From Octopus bimaculoides (Eukaryota), in contig NC_069008.1 in NCBI RefSeq assembly GCF_001194135.2, positions 8,792,940 through 8,830,434 of the forward strand: a stretch of DNA of 37,495 bases. The letters run 5' to 3'. Shown in pieces: positions 11,280 through 22,919 of this stretch. Each line of letters begins with the position of its first letter. Position 1 is the stretch's first letter. The position numbers and the translations under genes are program-made. Below the pieces are notes generated by a model. The model was not told the origin of the DNA. It worked only from the letters and a program-made list of their open reading frames with translations, and did no database searches.

Positions 11280-11710
11280 ACTGCCACCATCAGCATCACC
11301 ATCCTCACCACCACCACCACCACCTGCTAACACCATCACCACCACCACCACCNNNNNNNNNNNNNNNNNNNNNNNNNNNNNNNNNNNNNNNNNNNNNNNN
11401 NNNNNNNNNNNNNNNNNNNNNNNNNNNNNNNNNNNNNNNNNNNNNNNNNNNNNNNNNNNNNNNNNNNNNNNNNNNNNNNNNNNNNNNNNNNNNNNNNNNN
11501 NNNNNNNNNNNNNNNNNNNNNNNNNNNNNNNCATCATCACCACCACGACCACCACCACCATCATCACCCCCACCACTACCACTATCATCACCACTACCAC
11601 CACCACCATCATCACCCCCACCACTACCACTATCATCACCACTACCACCACCACCATCATCATCCCCACCACTACCACTATCCATCACTACCACATTACC
11701 ACCTCCACCC
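11280..11710. repeat. (CAC/CAT)n microsatellite containing a 48-bp higher-order unit
   Basis: TCATCACCCCCACCACTACCACTATCATCACCACTACCACCACCACCA starts at 11561 and 11609, with a partial copy at 11657. Gap at 11353-11531. Confidence 0.9.
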
Positions 11711-12004
11711 CACCCTCACTATCAATCTAAATATATCCTCTTCTTGTAAAGTACTTACGTCAATAAACTATTTTCAGGCTGGAAAAGAAAAAAGTAGAGA
11801 AGGAGAAAGAACCGGAAGGTTAGGGAAGCTGGGTGTGGATGGGGGAGGGCGTGTCTGTATGGGGTAGTGTGGGCATGGCAGGGTACCTGAAAAGTGAGGT
11901 ATGGAAACAATTTATAAGGAAGTACAGTCTAACTTATACACACACACACACACATACATGCTTGACTGCCATGACCACCACCATCACCTGGAATAACTAT
12001 TAGA

Positions 12005-12053
12005 AGTTACATGTATTATTCAAGTCAAACTATTTTGAATAATACATGTAACT
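12005..12053. repeat. Perfect 19-bp inverted repeat (hairpin)
   Basis: AGTTACATGTATTATTCAA, an 11-nt spacer, then TTGAATAATACATGTAACT. Confidence 0.9.
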
Positions 12054-12096
12054 CTCAATAAATCTCTTTCTTCATTTGTCCACTCATTCATATATA

Positions 12097-12251
12097 CAGG
12101 GTCCGCCAAAAAAAGAAACGTATGCATGCTTCAGGAGGGGAAAAATCTGTATAAATGTTCTAATTCAGTGTTGTTGCAATTTGATAAAACATCAAAAGAG
12201 GTATTTGTATTTATAGACTTAATTATACAAGTCTTTGGTGGACTCACTCTG
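12097..12251. mobile_element. Tc1/mariner-type MITE
   Basis: TA|CAGGGTCCGCCAAAA ... TTTGGTGGACTCACTCTG|TA: imperfect TIRs with TA flanks. Confidence 0.6.
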
Positions 12252-12263
12252 TATACATATATA

Positions 12264-14415
12264 CAGTGGACCCCACTTTGTAAATCCATCTTGGGATCGC
12301 CTATTTTGGATTTATTAATTGAGGGAACAAAATTTGCCGATTGATTAAACATGGGTATTTATTGAAAAACATACATATGTGAATACACAAATAAAAACAT
12401 TATAAACAATGTCATTGAATGAAAAATTTGTCAAGTGTTGCTTGCTTTGCTGGATGTTTTGTTTGCAACTCTGCATTGATTTTTTTTTCTTAAGAGTTCT
12501 AAAAAGATTCATGTCACTGAAATCAAAACTTTCAAGGCCACTTTCTAATCGAGTGAGATAGTATTTCATTTCAGCTGGTGTTGGAGGCTCCGGAATTCTT
12601 TCATCAACATCAACGTTGGAATCTCTTTCAGTTTCCTTTTCAGATTGCCAAAAGTCATGAATGATCTCATCTACTCTTTCTTCTTCAGTGATGATTTCTG
12701 GAGCAACAACAGCACCTCATCTACAAAACATTTCTATGATTGCATTTTGGTCAATCCAGTAGGTGGTGAAGGCAGGATCAAATCTTCGCTAACATCTATG
12801 GCTACATTTGATTCTTTGGACGAAACAAAACCAGATTTGGTCCAACATTTGATTGTCTGGCTGGAGACCTTCTTCGAAGTAACATTTAACATGTACATGG
12901 CATCCAAAATGGTGATCTACTTTGCAACTTCTTGAACAAAAATATCACATTCTGTGTCTTCCATAACATCAATGATCTTCTCACACATTTCATGACTGAT
13001 TATCCCTGGGTCACAGGGCTGCAGCACTGACATTGTGTTGGGAGGAAGAAATTTTAAAGTGATATACTTGCGATCATTGATGACTACATGAGAAGAGCAA
13101 TTGTCAAGTAGGACCACCACTTCTTGTCTTCCAGATTCCTGCAAATGACGATCCCAAGACCTGAGACATCTTCCATAGATTTTTTTTCCGTCATCCAAGT
13201 ATTGGTTGGCAAGTCATATTGAATTGGAAGTGTTTCAACATTTTTGAAGCATCTTGGCGATCCAGCCTTTACAATTAAGAGCAAGTCTTCTTTGTCTCCA
13301 TTCATGTTGCAGGCTACCATCAAGGTCACACGGCCCTTTGCCATCTTAAAGCCTCTCACACTTTTCTTGCAACTCTCATTGACATATGTATTCCCTGGTA
13401 ATGCACGAAAAATAGATCCTAGTTTCATCAACGTTGTAGATGTCTTGTGACTGATACAATTTCAATGGAAGCTGCATGGTTGTTTCACAAAATTGATGGA
13501 CTCCATCAACATCAGCTTCAACTGCATCACCTGCAAAGTATGAAATGTTTAGTTTGTGTTCTCTAAAGAGAAAAATGTGAATTAGTGAACTACAAAGCTT
13601 ACCTTTTAGAACCATAAAAGAGACTCCATGTTTTTTTGCCAACAGTAAAACTAACCTTCAGATGCCTTAAAATCATGTTCAGCAGCGTGAGCAATGATGT
13701 TGGCTTTATGCATTAGGATCAGGCCATTGACAGGGATAATTGAAACCAATTGCAGAGAGCATGCTCTATCTGTTGGTCCTTTCTCTCTCGTTGGCATTTT
13801 CTCTTTGATGAACAGCCATCGTGTTCTTTAGCATGAAGGTCATCCTCATTCTTTTGCAAATTCTGGAGCAGACCTCTTGAAATTCCCAACCTCTGTGCTG
13901 CTTCCTGCTGAGTTGTTTTTCCAATTGAATCTTTTCTGCCATGGATTTGTCCTGACTTTCTGTGCAAATAACGAATGATGCATTTCTTTCACCCTTAAAT
14001 ACTGACAGGTAGGTTCCCGCAGCCACAACCAACCAGCTGTCACGTAACACACTCCCTCATCCAATTAATGAGACGGGTGCATAATTTTGACAAGGGGTGT
14101 CCTGGACCCAACTTTTATGCTATGTGCTAGACTCCAGCAGCCACTGCCAGCTACTACTTATTTATTGATCTATTTTTGGATGATGGAGTGTACCACGTGA
14201 CAGCTGGCTGGCTGTGGCTACTGGAGCCTACCTGTCAGTATTTAAGGGCGAAAGAAAAGCACTTCATTTGTTCGCTGCAACAACTGGATTTATTAAGTGA
14301 TGGTTTGGATATATTAAACAAGAGATCTTATGTGTAAAAATCCCATCCCAATCCATTTTGGGTATATTAAGCAGATGGATTTATTATCAGTGGATTTATA
14401 AAGCAGGATCTACTG
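12264..14415 (-). mobile_element. Full-length decayed Tigger/pogo DNA transposon
   Basis: TIRs CAGTGGACCCCACTTTGTAAATCCA and (reverse complement) CAGTAGATCCTGCTTTATAAATCCA, with TA TSDs. Minus-strand remnants of the HTH/CENP-B region (AAQRLGISRG, IEHALCNWF) and the DDE_1 domain (IYNVDET, RVTLMVACNMNG, LLDNCSSH, FLPPNTMSVLQPCDPGII). Confidence 0.93.
12640..13967 (-). pseudogene. Tigger/pogo transposase pseudogene (multiple frameshifts)
   Basis: The ORF pieces 13719-13967, 13376-13642, 13084-13431 and 12917-13198 are collinear pogo transposase segments. The lower boundary is approximate. Confidence 0.88.
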
Positions 14416-14864
14416 TATGTATATATAATAAATACTCACACATGCAAGCAAAAGCATATATATNNNNNNNNNNNNNNNNNNNNNNNNNNNNNNNNNNNNN
14501 NNNNNNNNNNNNNNNNNNNNNNNNNNNNNNNNNNNNNNNNNNNNNNNNNNNNNNNNNNNNNNNNNNNNNNNNNNNNNNNNNNNNNNATATAAGACTCATT
14601 AAGCCAAGTGAGATCATAATCATGGCCAATAACAGTGTTTCATAACTGGCATGTAAAAAGCTCCCTTCAAACGTTGGGTGATGTGCTGTGCTTGAGTAGG
14701 CCTGTCAAGTCAAGTGAAATCACACTTGTGGATGAAGCCAGTGCAATCTGACTTCTACCCATGCTGGTGGCACATAAAAAGCACCGTTCAGGCAATTGGG
14801 AACACCAGATGCATTTCAGTCTTTGTAACATGGCACATCTATAAGAGATGCAATCCAAGAAGCT

Positions 14865-15240
14865 TCTACTTTTTACTTGTTTCAGTCATTAGACTGTGGC
14901 CATGCTGGAGCACCCACCTCGAAAAATTTTTAGTTGAGTAAATCGACCCCAGCACTTATTTTATCAGTCTCTCTTGCCGAACTACTTTGTTACAAGGATA
15001 TAAACACACTAACACCAGTTGTCAAGCTGTGGTGGGGAACAAACACAGGCACAAAGACACACACACACATACACATGTATACGCATGATGGGCTTCTTTC
15101 AGTTTCTGTCTACCAAATCCACACACAAGGCTTTGGCCAGCCTGGGGTTATAGTAGAAGACACCTGCCCAAGCTGTTATGCAGTGGGACTGAACCCAGAA
15201 CCATGTGGTTGGAAAGAAAGGTTCTTACCACACAGCCACC
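14865..15240 (-). mobile_element. SINE family A, near-complete copy
   Basis: Reverse complement of head, microsatellite and tail. Confidence 0.85.
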
Positions 15241-15272
15241 AAGAAAAAAAAACATTTAAAAACTGAGATAAC

Positions 15273-15333
15273 GGTGGTGGTGGTGGTGGTGGTGGTGGTG
15301 GTGGTGGTGGTGGTGGTGGTGGTGGTGGTGGTG
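15273..15333. repeat. (GGT)n microsatellite
   Basis: Directly visible. Confidence 0.95.
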
Positions 15334-15677
15334 ACAGCAGTGGTGACAACAATAGCAACACCAACAACAATACCAGGTTGGTATTTTACTGGATTTTTGT
15401 GGGGTTTTTTCTCTTGATATTTTCCATTAACTCATTGATCCACAAAGTGAGCCATATGTCTATGGTTCAGATGTAGGTTATACAAAATTCTTTGTGGGTC
15501 ACGGTGACATTTGTGTATTCATCAAATCATTTATGGAATTCTGTGTACAAAACTTAACAACAAGGAAGCCATTGAAACAATATACTATTTACAGCATCAG
15601 CTTTTTTGAGCTGGTAGAATCGTTAGCATGCTGGGCAAAGTGCTTTGTGACATTTCATCTCTCTTTATGTTCTGAAT

Positions 15678-17650
15678 TGCTTTATGCCTTTAATCTTAGT
15701 GGGTAGACGGTCAATGCTGGATACCTTGTTCAACTTGAGGCCATTTATCGCAGATTCAATTTCTCCAAAGATTGGTGTATCACCTAGGCAATCGATTGGT
15801 GGTAGTGAAGGGATGTTGTCAAGAAAAGAAGGGTTAATGGGGTTTCTACGATTGAGGAGGATGTTGAAGTGCTCAGCCCATTGTGATAGAATGCCATCTC
15901 GGTCCTTGATGAGTGATGTTGAATCATGGAGCCTCTAATTGGGCCACATGCAGTCTTTATGGATTCGTAGAAAGCTTGGATGTTGTTTGTGTCAGCATAG
16001 CCTTGTATTTCTTGTGCTTTAGTCTTCCACCAGTTGTTCTGATTGGTTCTAAGTTTTCACTGGACCTCAGAGCAGAGACTTGCCCATTGTCTGTGGTTGG
16101 CTGCTGTTGGTTGACAGAGATGTCTGTTGTGTGCAGCATTCTTCTCACGTAGGAGTGAGTGAATCTCCGTCGAGTTGTCATCAAACCAGTCCTGATGACG
16201 TCTCTTCAGAACACCAAGTGTATCTTTGGCAGTGTTAGTGATAGTGGTTGCTAAAGTGTCCTACTCTGATGTCAGAGTTTGTCCATCAGTTGGCCCAGTT
16301 TTGTCTCGGCATCAGGGAGTTCAGCAAATTTTTGTTCCAGTTTTACTGCCAGTTTCTGGTGGGCTTCATGTGATTGCAGGGTTCCAACATTTAGCTTCTG
16401 CTTCAGCTTTTGCTTATGGATAGGAGGATGAATTCACAAGCGTAGCCAGCATCAGATCAAGCAATGGTCAGTCGAGCAGTTGGCACCGTGCATAACTCTG
16501 GTGATTTCCACATCATGCAGGTCTGAGCATAGTCAATCAGGTGCCAGTGCTTGGATCTGGGGTGCATCCATGTTGTCTTGTGTTTCTCAGAAAGTTGGAG
16601 TATCAAGTTTGTGATGCAAAGTGAAAATTCAGAATAAAATTCAAGGACGCAGAGGCCATTTGAGTTGGTGTTTCCAATGCTGTGCCTACCGAGAATACCA
16701 TTCCAAATGCAGTATTTTGATCCCACTCTCACATTAAAGTCACCTAAAAGCAAGAGTTTGTCTTCACGTGGAACATGCTGCAGGGAAGTGTAGAAGGCAT
16801 CTTTGTCCTCTTCAGTTGATGTGAGAGTTGGTGCATAGGCACTAAATAGTGTGGACGAACGGCCATGAGTTGGTGCGATATACATCGTTATGAGCTGTTC
16901 ACTGCTGCCAACTGGTGGCTCAGTTAGCGGTGGGAACAAAGCTGATTTGATACCAAAAGCAAAACCATGCATGTGGGGGGAACCAGCAGGGTGACCTTTC
17001 TAGATGAAAGTGTATCGATTACCTCTCTCCATAAGTGACCCCTCATCAAGGAAGCAAGTTTCACTGAGGGCAGCAATGTCGATGTTGTAGTGTTGGAATT
17101 CTGCTGCAACAAGAGCAGTGTGACAATTGGGACGGGAGGTGTTGGTGTCATCCAGTAACGTGCGGATATTCCAGGTTACACCATTCAGAGACTGAATTTT
17201 ACTTTTAATGCTTCAACTGCATTTGAAAGACAATCTGACGGACATGGTTATCCATCCAGATTAGGTGTGTGAGCAGGCGTTTTTTAGGCCACATTTTCTA
17301 GGCCCCTCCCCATCTTGGGGTGAGCAGCACATCCCTAAACAAGGCTGCTCAGTCATCTCAGTAGGACCGAGAGTCTCAGCTGCTCATCTGGGAAGCAAAC
17401 GACCATCTTGCTGAGACTGCCTGTGTGCAAACGCAGAACTAAGAGCTTCCAGCCAGCCTAAGCCTGCCCCTGCCATTGAGCACCCATCGCCACAGGGCTT
17501 CGAAACACAATCGTAGACGATGTAGGAAACGATTGCACTGGGAAGTTTATAGTGGAGAATCTGTGATCCACTGACTTGGCAGTGCATGGAGTTATCCAAT
17601 GGCATAGAATAAACCAACACGACTGGTTCCAACATCATGCAACATCATGC
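15678..17650 (-). mobile_element. RTE-clade LINE: 5' UTR, AP endonuclease and linker, truncated before the RT core
   Basis: Minus strand: TWNIRTLLD...YNIDIAALSE, SAYAPTL, LLLLGDFNVRVG, WMHPRSKHWHLIDY (RTE/BovB-like APE), then LKLNKVSSIDRLPTKI (start of the RT region), where it stops. Many stops and frameshifts. Confidence 0.9.
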
Positions 17651-18450
17651 CACAGACCCAGAGTCTAGGGAAGCACCGACATGGTGATGTCACACAGATT
17701 TTAGATTGTTGTTATCATCATCTAGGGAATATACTGGTTTGTAGATAAAGGACTTCCCTGTCCTGAATGGTTTTGTTCAGAGTTGTCCTTCTCCTAGTCC
17801 TAACATGTGCTACCACTCTGGACCAGAGCTGAGATGTCACATGTTGTGTGTGAAGTTGGGCGTCGATGCTGCGACCGGTTACTTGGTACAGAAGATTCTC
17901 GCAGGTTGTTCTGGCTGTTATTTTCTAGGTGGAAACAATCCACACAAACAGAGTTGAGACGGAACCACGGTTACTGTTTTGCGTGTACTCTGGTGGTGGT
18001 ATTGGCACTGGCGACGGAACTGTAGTAGACAGTAGATCCACCGTGTTAACGTCATTGCTGGAAACTGGCTGGTTGGTGTGTGGTCTACAACTAGACCTGA
18101 AAAGGTCTGAGGTCACGACAAACTGGCGTGGATGAAGCAAGACTATTTATAGATAAAAAGGGGCTCCGGAAACAGCAGAAAGATTCTCTCTCACATGACC
18201 TTATTAGAAAGCCACAATTGGTCAGTATGCACCCTGGCATGAAACAGAATTGTCGACAAATGCCGCTCAATTAAGATCCAATCAGGGTGATGGACACAGC
18301 GGTCCAAGCAGCCGAAGGCTAGATGCTAGCTGCTACGCTATCATTCATAAATAAATACCCAAGAGAGAGGCTTCACTACTGATCAAACGTAGATGGCCTG
18401 GGATTGCTTATTTGTTGGGGTATCCACTTATTTCGCAGCTGTCCATCATA

Positions 18451-18456
18451 TTATTA

Positions 18457-18530
<74 letters not shown>
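18451..18530. repeat. (TTA)n tract at the 3' end of the R4/Dong-like element
   Basis: Directly visible. Reads (TAA)n on the element strand. Confidence 0.95.
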
Positions 18531-19800
18531 GCCTTTGCACAGTTTCTAACGCTGGAGATGTACTAATGTGTCAGCTGTTCACTACCAGTGAACTAAGGTA
18601 ACACCTCTTATTTTTCGAGCACCTTCCGGAGTATTCGAGCAGTTCCAAGCAGTACTGTTTTCTGCAAGTGCTCCACCATTAATGCAGCCCCTATTTATTC
18701 CACGTACTTCTCGATATTTTTGCTCACTGTTCCCAGGAATCCAACAATTATTGGTACATTGGTACTACTGCTACCTTTTTCATCGACCACAACTGCTTAA
18801 CTTCCCAAGCTAACCTGTCATATCTCTCAACTTTTCTTTCTTCCTTCTCGCATACCTTGTTGTCAGCTGGGTCCAGCATAGTTTATTTTCTTTCTCAATT
18901 AAGACTATGTCTGGCTTCCTATTCTCAATCTCATGGTCGCACTGAATCATAAAATCCCATAGGATCTTTGCATTTCTATTTTCAACAATGCCTTCAGGTT
19001 TGTGGTCGTACCAATCTTTTGCTCTGTCAACTCCATACTTGTTGCAAAGTGTCCAATGGACAAGCCTGGCTATGTTGTCATGGAGTCTCTTATATTCCTT
19101 CTGGGCTAGTGGCGTAGATTGGCTGGTAATATGCCATATGGTTTCACCATTTTGTCCACAGATTCTGCGCTTATCACTTTTTGATGTATTCTCTACTCTG
19201 TATTTTATGTAGTTTGTTCTTAGTGCTTGCTCTTGGGCAGCACAGGTTAGAGCCTCCTTCTCCAGTTTTAAATCACTTTTAGTCATCCACAGCCATCTTT
19301 TTTCTCTGTCTGTCTTATCTTCAACATCCCTATGAAATTGACCATGCATTCTTTTCTTTACCCACCTATTTTCAGTTTCATTCGGTTTCAATTTCTTGTA
19401 TAGTGCTTTATCTTTGCAATCTTCAATCCTACACAAGCCTGACCTTCCTACTTCTAATATTAGTGGTTCTGTGGCATTTTTTACATACCATGCTATGTTG
19501 TTTTCTACTGCTCTAATGCTGTGTTCACATCCAATAAGTCCTTTTCCCCCTCCCTCTTTTTCTTGGTACATACAGTCTGTCTGTGTCACTTGTTGGGTGG
19601 AGTGACCTATAACTAGTTAGCAACTTCCTTGTCTTTCCGTCTAAGCTGTTTAGTTCGTCTACTGTCCATGCGATTACCCCTGCTCCATATCTAAGGAATG
19701 AAACCACCCAGGTGTTGATAGCTTCAATCTTATTCCATCCGTTTAATTTCGACTTAAGGATCAGTCTCAGTCTGCGTAAGTACTCCACCTTAAATTTTTC
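18531..19800 (-). mobile_element. 5'-truncated R4/Dong-like non-LTR retrotransposon (restriction-like endonuclease type)
   Basis: KINGWNK-like/RYGAGVIAW...LHPTSDTDRLYVPRKRG post-RT segment; degenerate CCHC knuckle RICGQNGETIWHITSQS; ILWDFMIQCDHEIENRKPDIVLIEK endonuclease motif; C-terminus LQKTVLLGTARILRKVLEK-stop. (TAA)n on both flanks. Confidence 0.9.
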
Positions 19801-19808
19801 TATTATTA

Positions 19809-19843
<35 letters not shown>

Positions 19844-19945
19844 TTATGAAAATTGATGTATCTTTTCACAAAGGTATAGAAGCAATAAGAAGAGCATGAT
19901 GAGATTTGTAATGAATACAGATTGAATCTTTATTGAATCTTTATT

Positions 19946-19984
19946 GGACAATATTTCAAGAGATTGTCTGTCTTCCTCAGGTTC
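19946..19984 (-). ncRNA. Degenerate minimal hammerhead-like motif
   Basis: Minus strand: GAAC CTGAGGA A GACAGA CAA TCTCTT GAAA TATT GTCC, followed by two AATAAA. Core intact; helices I and II each carry a mismatch. Confidence 0.45.
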
Positions 19985-20824
19985 AAAATGAAAAATGAAA
20001 AGAATGCAGAAATATAGAAATTCAAAATATGAACAAGAATATGCTGCATTCCTTTTCTGACAGAATGACATTATTTGATGATAAACAATCTTAAGATGGC
20101 ACAAAATGAAGGAGACAACAGAGGACTCTGTTGACTGGTGATATCTAGCAAAATATGCTAAGATAGTGTGGTAGTGCTCACACACATACGCACACACACA
20201 CACACACACACGCACATGTCTATTATATATCAGAGTAAACAGATGAGATCCAGAGATGCTCAATATAGATAACATTTACTAACACTTAAATGATTTGAGC
20301 TTACACTCCAATATCTTTACCAAGAACTAAGTCTGTTGGGTAAAGAGTGGTTATAAGAGGAATCCAGGTGAGCAGTTATGGAAGTAATGATGCAAATAAA
20401 CAAATAAAACCAGTTGTGCTAGATATATAAAATATACATGTGGCACAACTCAGTCAATGTTGTTGACTGTGTTTTAGTTAAAGCTGCAGCTTTAATTAAA
20501 TCTGTCCAGAGTTGCCTCTCATCTGTATTTCCCATTGATAATGGCTAAAGAGCTATAAATGCAATTGGGAATCCAACGGGGAGAAACACTGGAAAGATAT
20601 GGTGTTTTTACTCCATTTTACTACAAGAGAGAAATTTTTCATCACAGCAACTGCAGTGAATTGGCCTTCAGAAGTTGAAATATGTCACAAACATCTTTTA
20701 ACTAACCTAATGTTTGCTTATGCCTAAACACTGCTTGATGCTGATACTACTGAAATATATACATATATGTATGTGTGCATGTATATACATATGTACATAC
20801 CTACACACATACATACATACATAC

Positions 20825-21996
20825 ATATCAATTTAATACGCAATCAAAAGAGCTACTAATAGTTTCATGCTTTTATGATACTAGACAGGCATATTTATAA
20901 AATACACCATGTATCTTAAAGCAATCTTTCAGGCTCTGTTTATGCATTGTATATATTTTTTAAAAAACAAGGATACTGGAGAGTAAGAAAATAAGAAAAA
21001 ACATGGAATAAACATGAAGACTGTTGGTGCAAAAATGGACCAAGAAAAAGAAACAATCAAGAAAGCTAAGATCATTGTCATCCCTGACTGCAGAAAGTTC
21101 CTTAAATACAACTGGTATAGAATAAAATATCATACAGTGCTGCTTCAGTATGAAGAACAATATAACTCATAAAAATCACCAAGAGACCACTCCCAATTGT
21201 AACTGTTGAAACCCTGAAGCTTGCCCATTTGGTCAGGCAAGTATGATAAACTCCATCCTATACAAGGCTGAAGTTACAGCTACACTCCAAGACAAATCAT
21301 TTGAAAAGAAGAATTATATCAGGTTATGTGGAGCGAATTCAAGAGATGTTATGCAAACCACTGATCTTCTTTTCAGCACATTGATAAAAGTAATGCAACT
21401 AAGTTGGCTAGCCATGTATGGAATTTGAAGAGCAGTTCCACACTACATATAATTAAGTGGAGGATAGTGGAGAAATCCAAGCCATATGTTAATGGATCTA
21501 AGAAATGCAGTTTATGCATAGAAGAAAGATCTCATACTCTTCTTAAATCCAGCAATTCCAGCACACTGCTTAACTCCCAGATCTGAAATTTTTAGCAGGT
21601 ATACACACTTGGACAAAGTTGCTTTTATCGAATTGAAGGGCACCATCTGCTCCGGATTAAGTTGCAGTCTTGCAGACTTTGACATATTCTCTGCTATTTT
21701 GTTCTATACCAGTTGTATTTAATGAGCTTTCTGCTATCAGGGAGGATGCAGATGTTAGTTTTCTTGATTTTATTTCTTTTTTCTCAGTCCATTTTCTGTA
21801 TCAACTGTCTTCACGTTTTTTATCCTGTTTTCCTTACTGTGCAGTATCCTTGTTTTTAAAAAATATATATAATGCATAAATAGAACCTGAAAGATTGCTT
21901 TAAGATATATGGCATATTTTATAAATATACCTGTTCAAGTATCATAAAAGCATGAAACTGTTAGTAGTTCTTTCGGTGGTGTATTTAAATTGATAT
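20825..21996. mobile_element. Foldback element: ~305-bp inverted repeats enclosing a Penelope endonuclease fragment
   Basis: Arm 20825-21132 aligns with the reverse complement of 21692-21996 along its length (e.g. TTTCATGCTTTTATGATACT, TATCTTAAAGCAATCTTTCAGG, AAATACAACTGGTATAGAA). Confidence 0.85.
21121..21620 (+). pseudogene. Penelope-like GIY-YIG endonuclease remnant
   Basis: KISYS, CNC*NPEACP, ILYKAEVT...KNYIRLC, HVWNLK...IKWRIVEKSKPY...KCSLCIEER...LLNS. These follow the order of a Penelope-type C-terminal GIY-YIG domain. Confidence 0.85.
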
Positions 21997-22069
21997 TTAT
22001 CTCTTGCTGGATGGAGTACTCTTTTGTTGATTGTACTTCTATTCAATCTGTAAACTATATATATATATA

Positions 22070-22370
22070 GTGAGTTCAAACAAGAAAAACGACGAAAAAA
22101 AAACAACAAAAAACAACAACGCGAGGACGTGATACAGATATTGTGTTACTGGACGCTCAGGAAAGGAAAGAAAGAGAATTTGATGTTTCGAGCGGAGCTC
22201 TTTGTCGGAAATGTAGGAAAGTCCAAAGAAGGGAAGACGGAGGAAGAAAAAATCGACAACGATATACACGAGGTTACATTGTGGAATGACCGGAAGGGAA
22301 TGGGTGAAGAAAAAGTTCTTTCTAAGACAGGAGAGTGCAAGAGGGGGAGGTATGTATGTGTGCGTGCGCA
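22070..22370 (-). mobile_element. Penelope-like terminal repeat (sibling of 9690-9890)
   Basis: Shares ACAAC(A/G)..CGAGGAC, GACGCTC.GGAA and GATGTTTCGAGC...GCTCT blocks with the 9690 copy, and abuts (TA)n. Confidence 0.55.
22178..22212 (-). ncRNA. Decayed minimal hammerhead-like motif
   Basis: Minus strand: ATTT CCGACAA A GAGC TCC GCTC GAAA C ATC AAAT. Helix I (ATTT/AAAT) and helix II are intact; the core has substitutions. Confidence 0.55.
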
Positions 22371-22807
22371 TGGATCCGTGTGTGTGTGTGTGTGTGTAAT
22401 AACAGCACATGTATGTGCGTGTGTGTAATAACAGCATGTGCATGTGCGTGTGTGTGTGTGTGTGGTTTGTCTGTTTATCTGTTAGTGTGTGTGTGTTGCT
22501 TAATGTTGTAGAAGGAATTAGTAGCAGGAATTATTTGGGAGTGGTTGTGGACAATGGTCAGTAGAAAGTGAGCAAGCAGTTTTTAAGTATGTGTGTGTGC
22601 GTGTATGTGTATATATATATATGTGTGTGTACGTGTGTGTGTATATGAGTGCGGTTTGCTCTGTGGATCATATGGATGTTGTTTTGTGTGTGTGTGCGTG
22701 TATGTGGGTATGTGTGTAAGTCCATGTATGTATACTTAGGTGTGTGTATGTGTTAGTCTTTGTTGTGTGTGTATGTGAGTTATGTGTGGGTTCATTTGCG
22801 TGTGTGT

Positions 22808-22856
<49 letters not shown>

Positions 22857-22919
22857 CAAAGTTTCAAATTTATACATTTAAAAAAGAGATTTAACACCGG
22901 AGTTTATATATCCATATCT

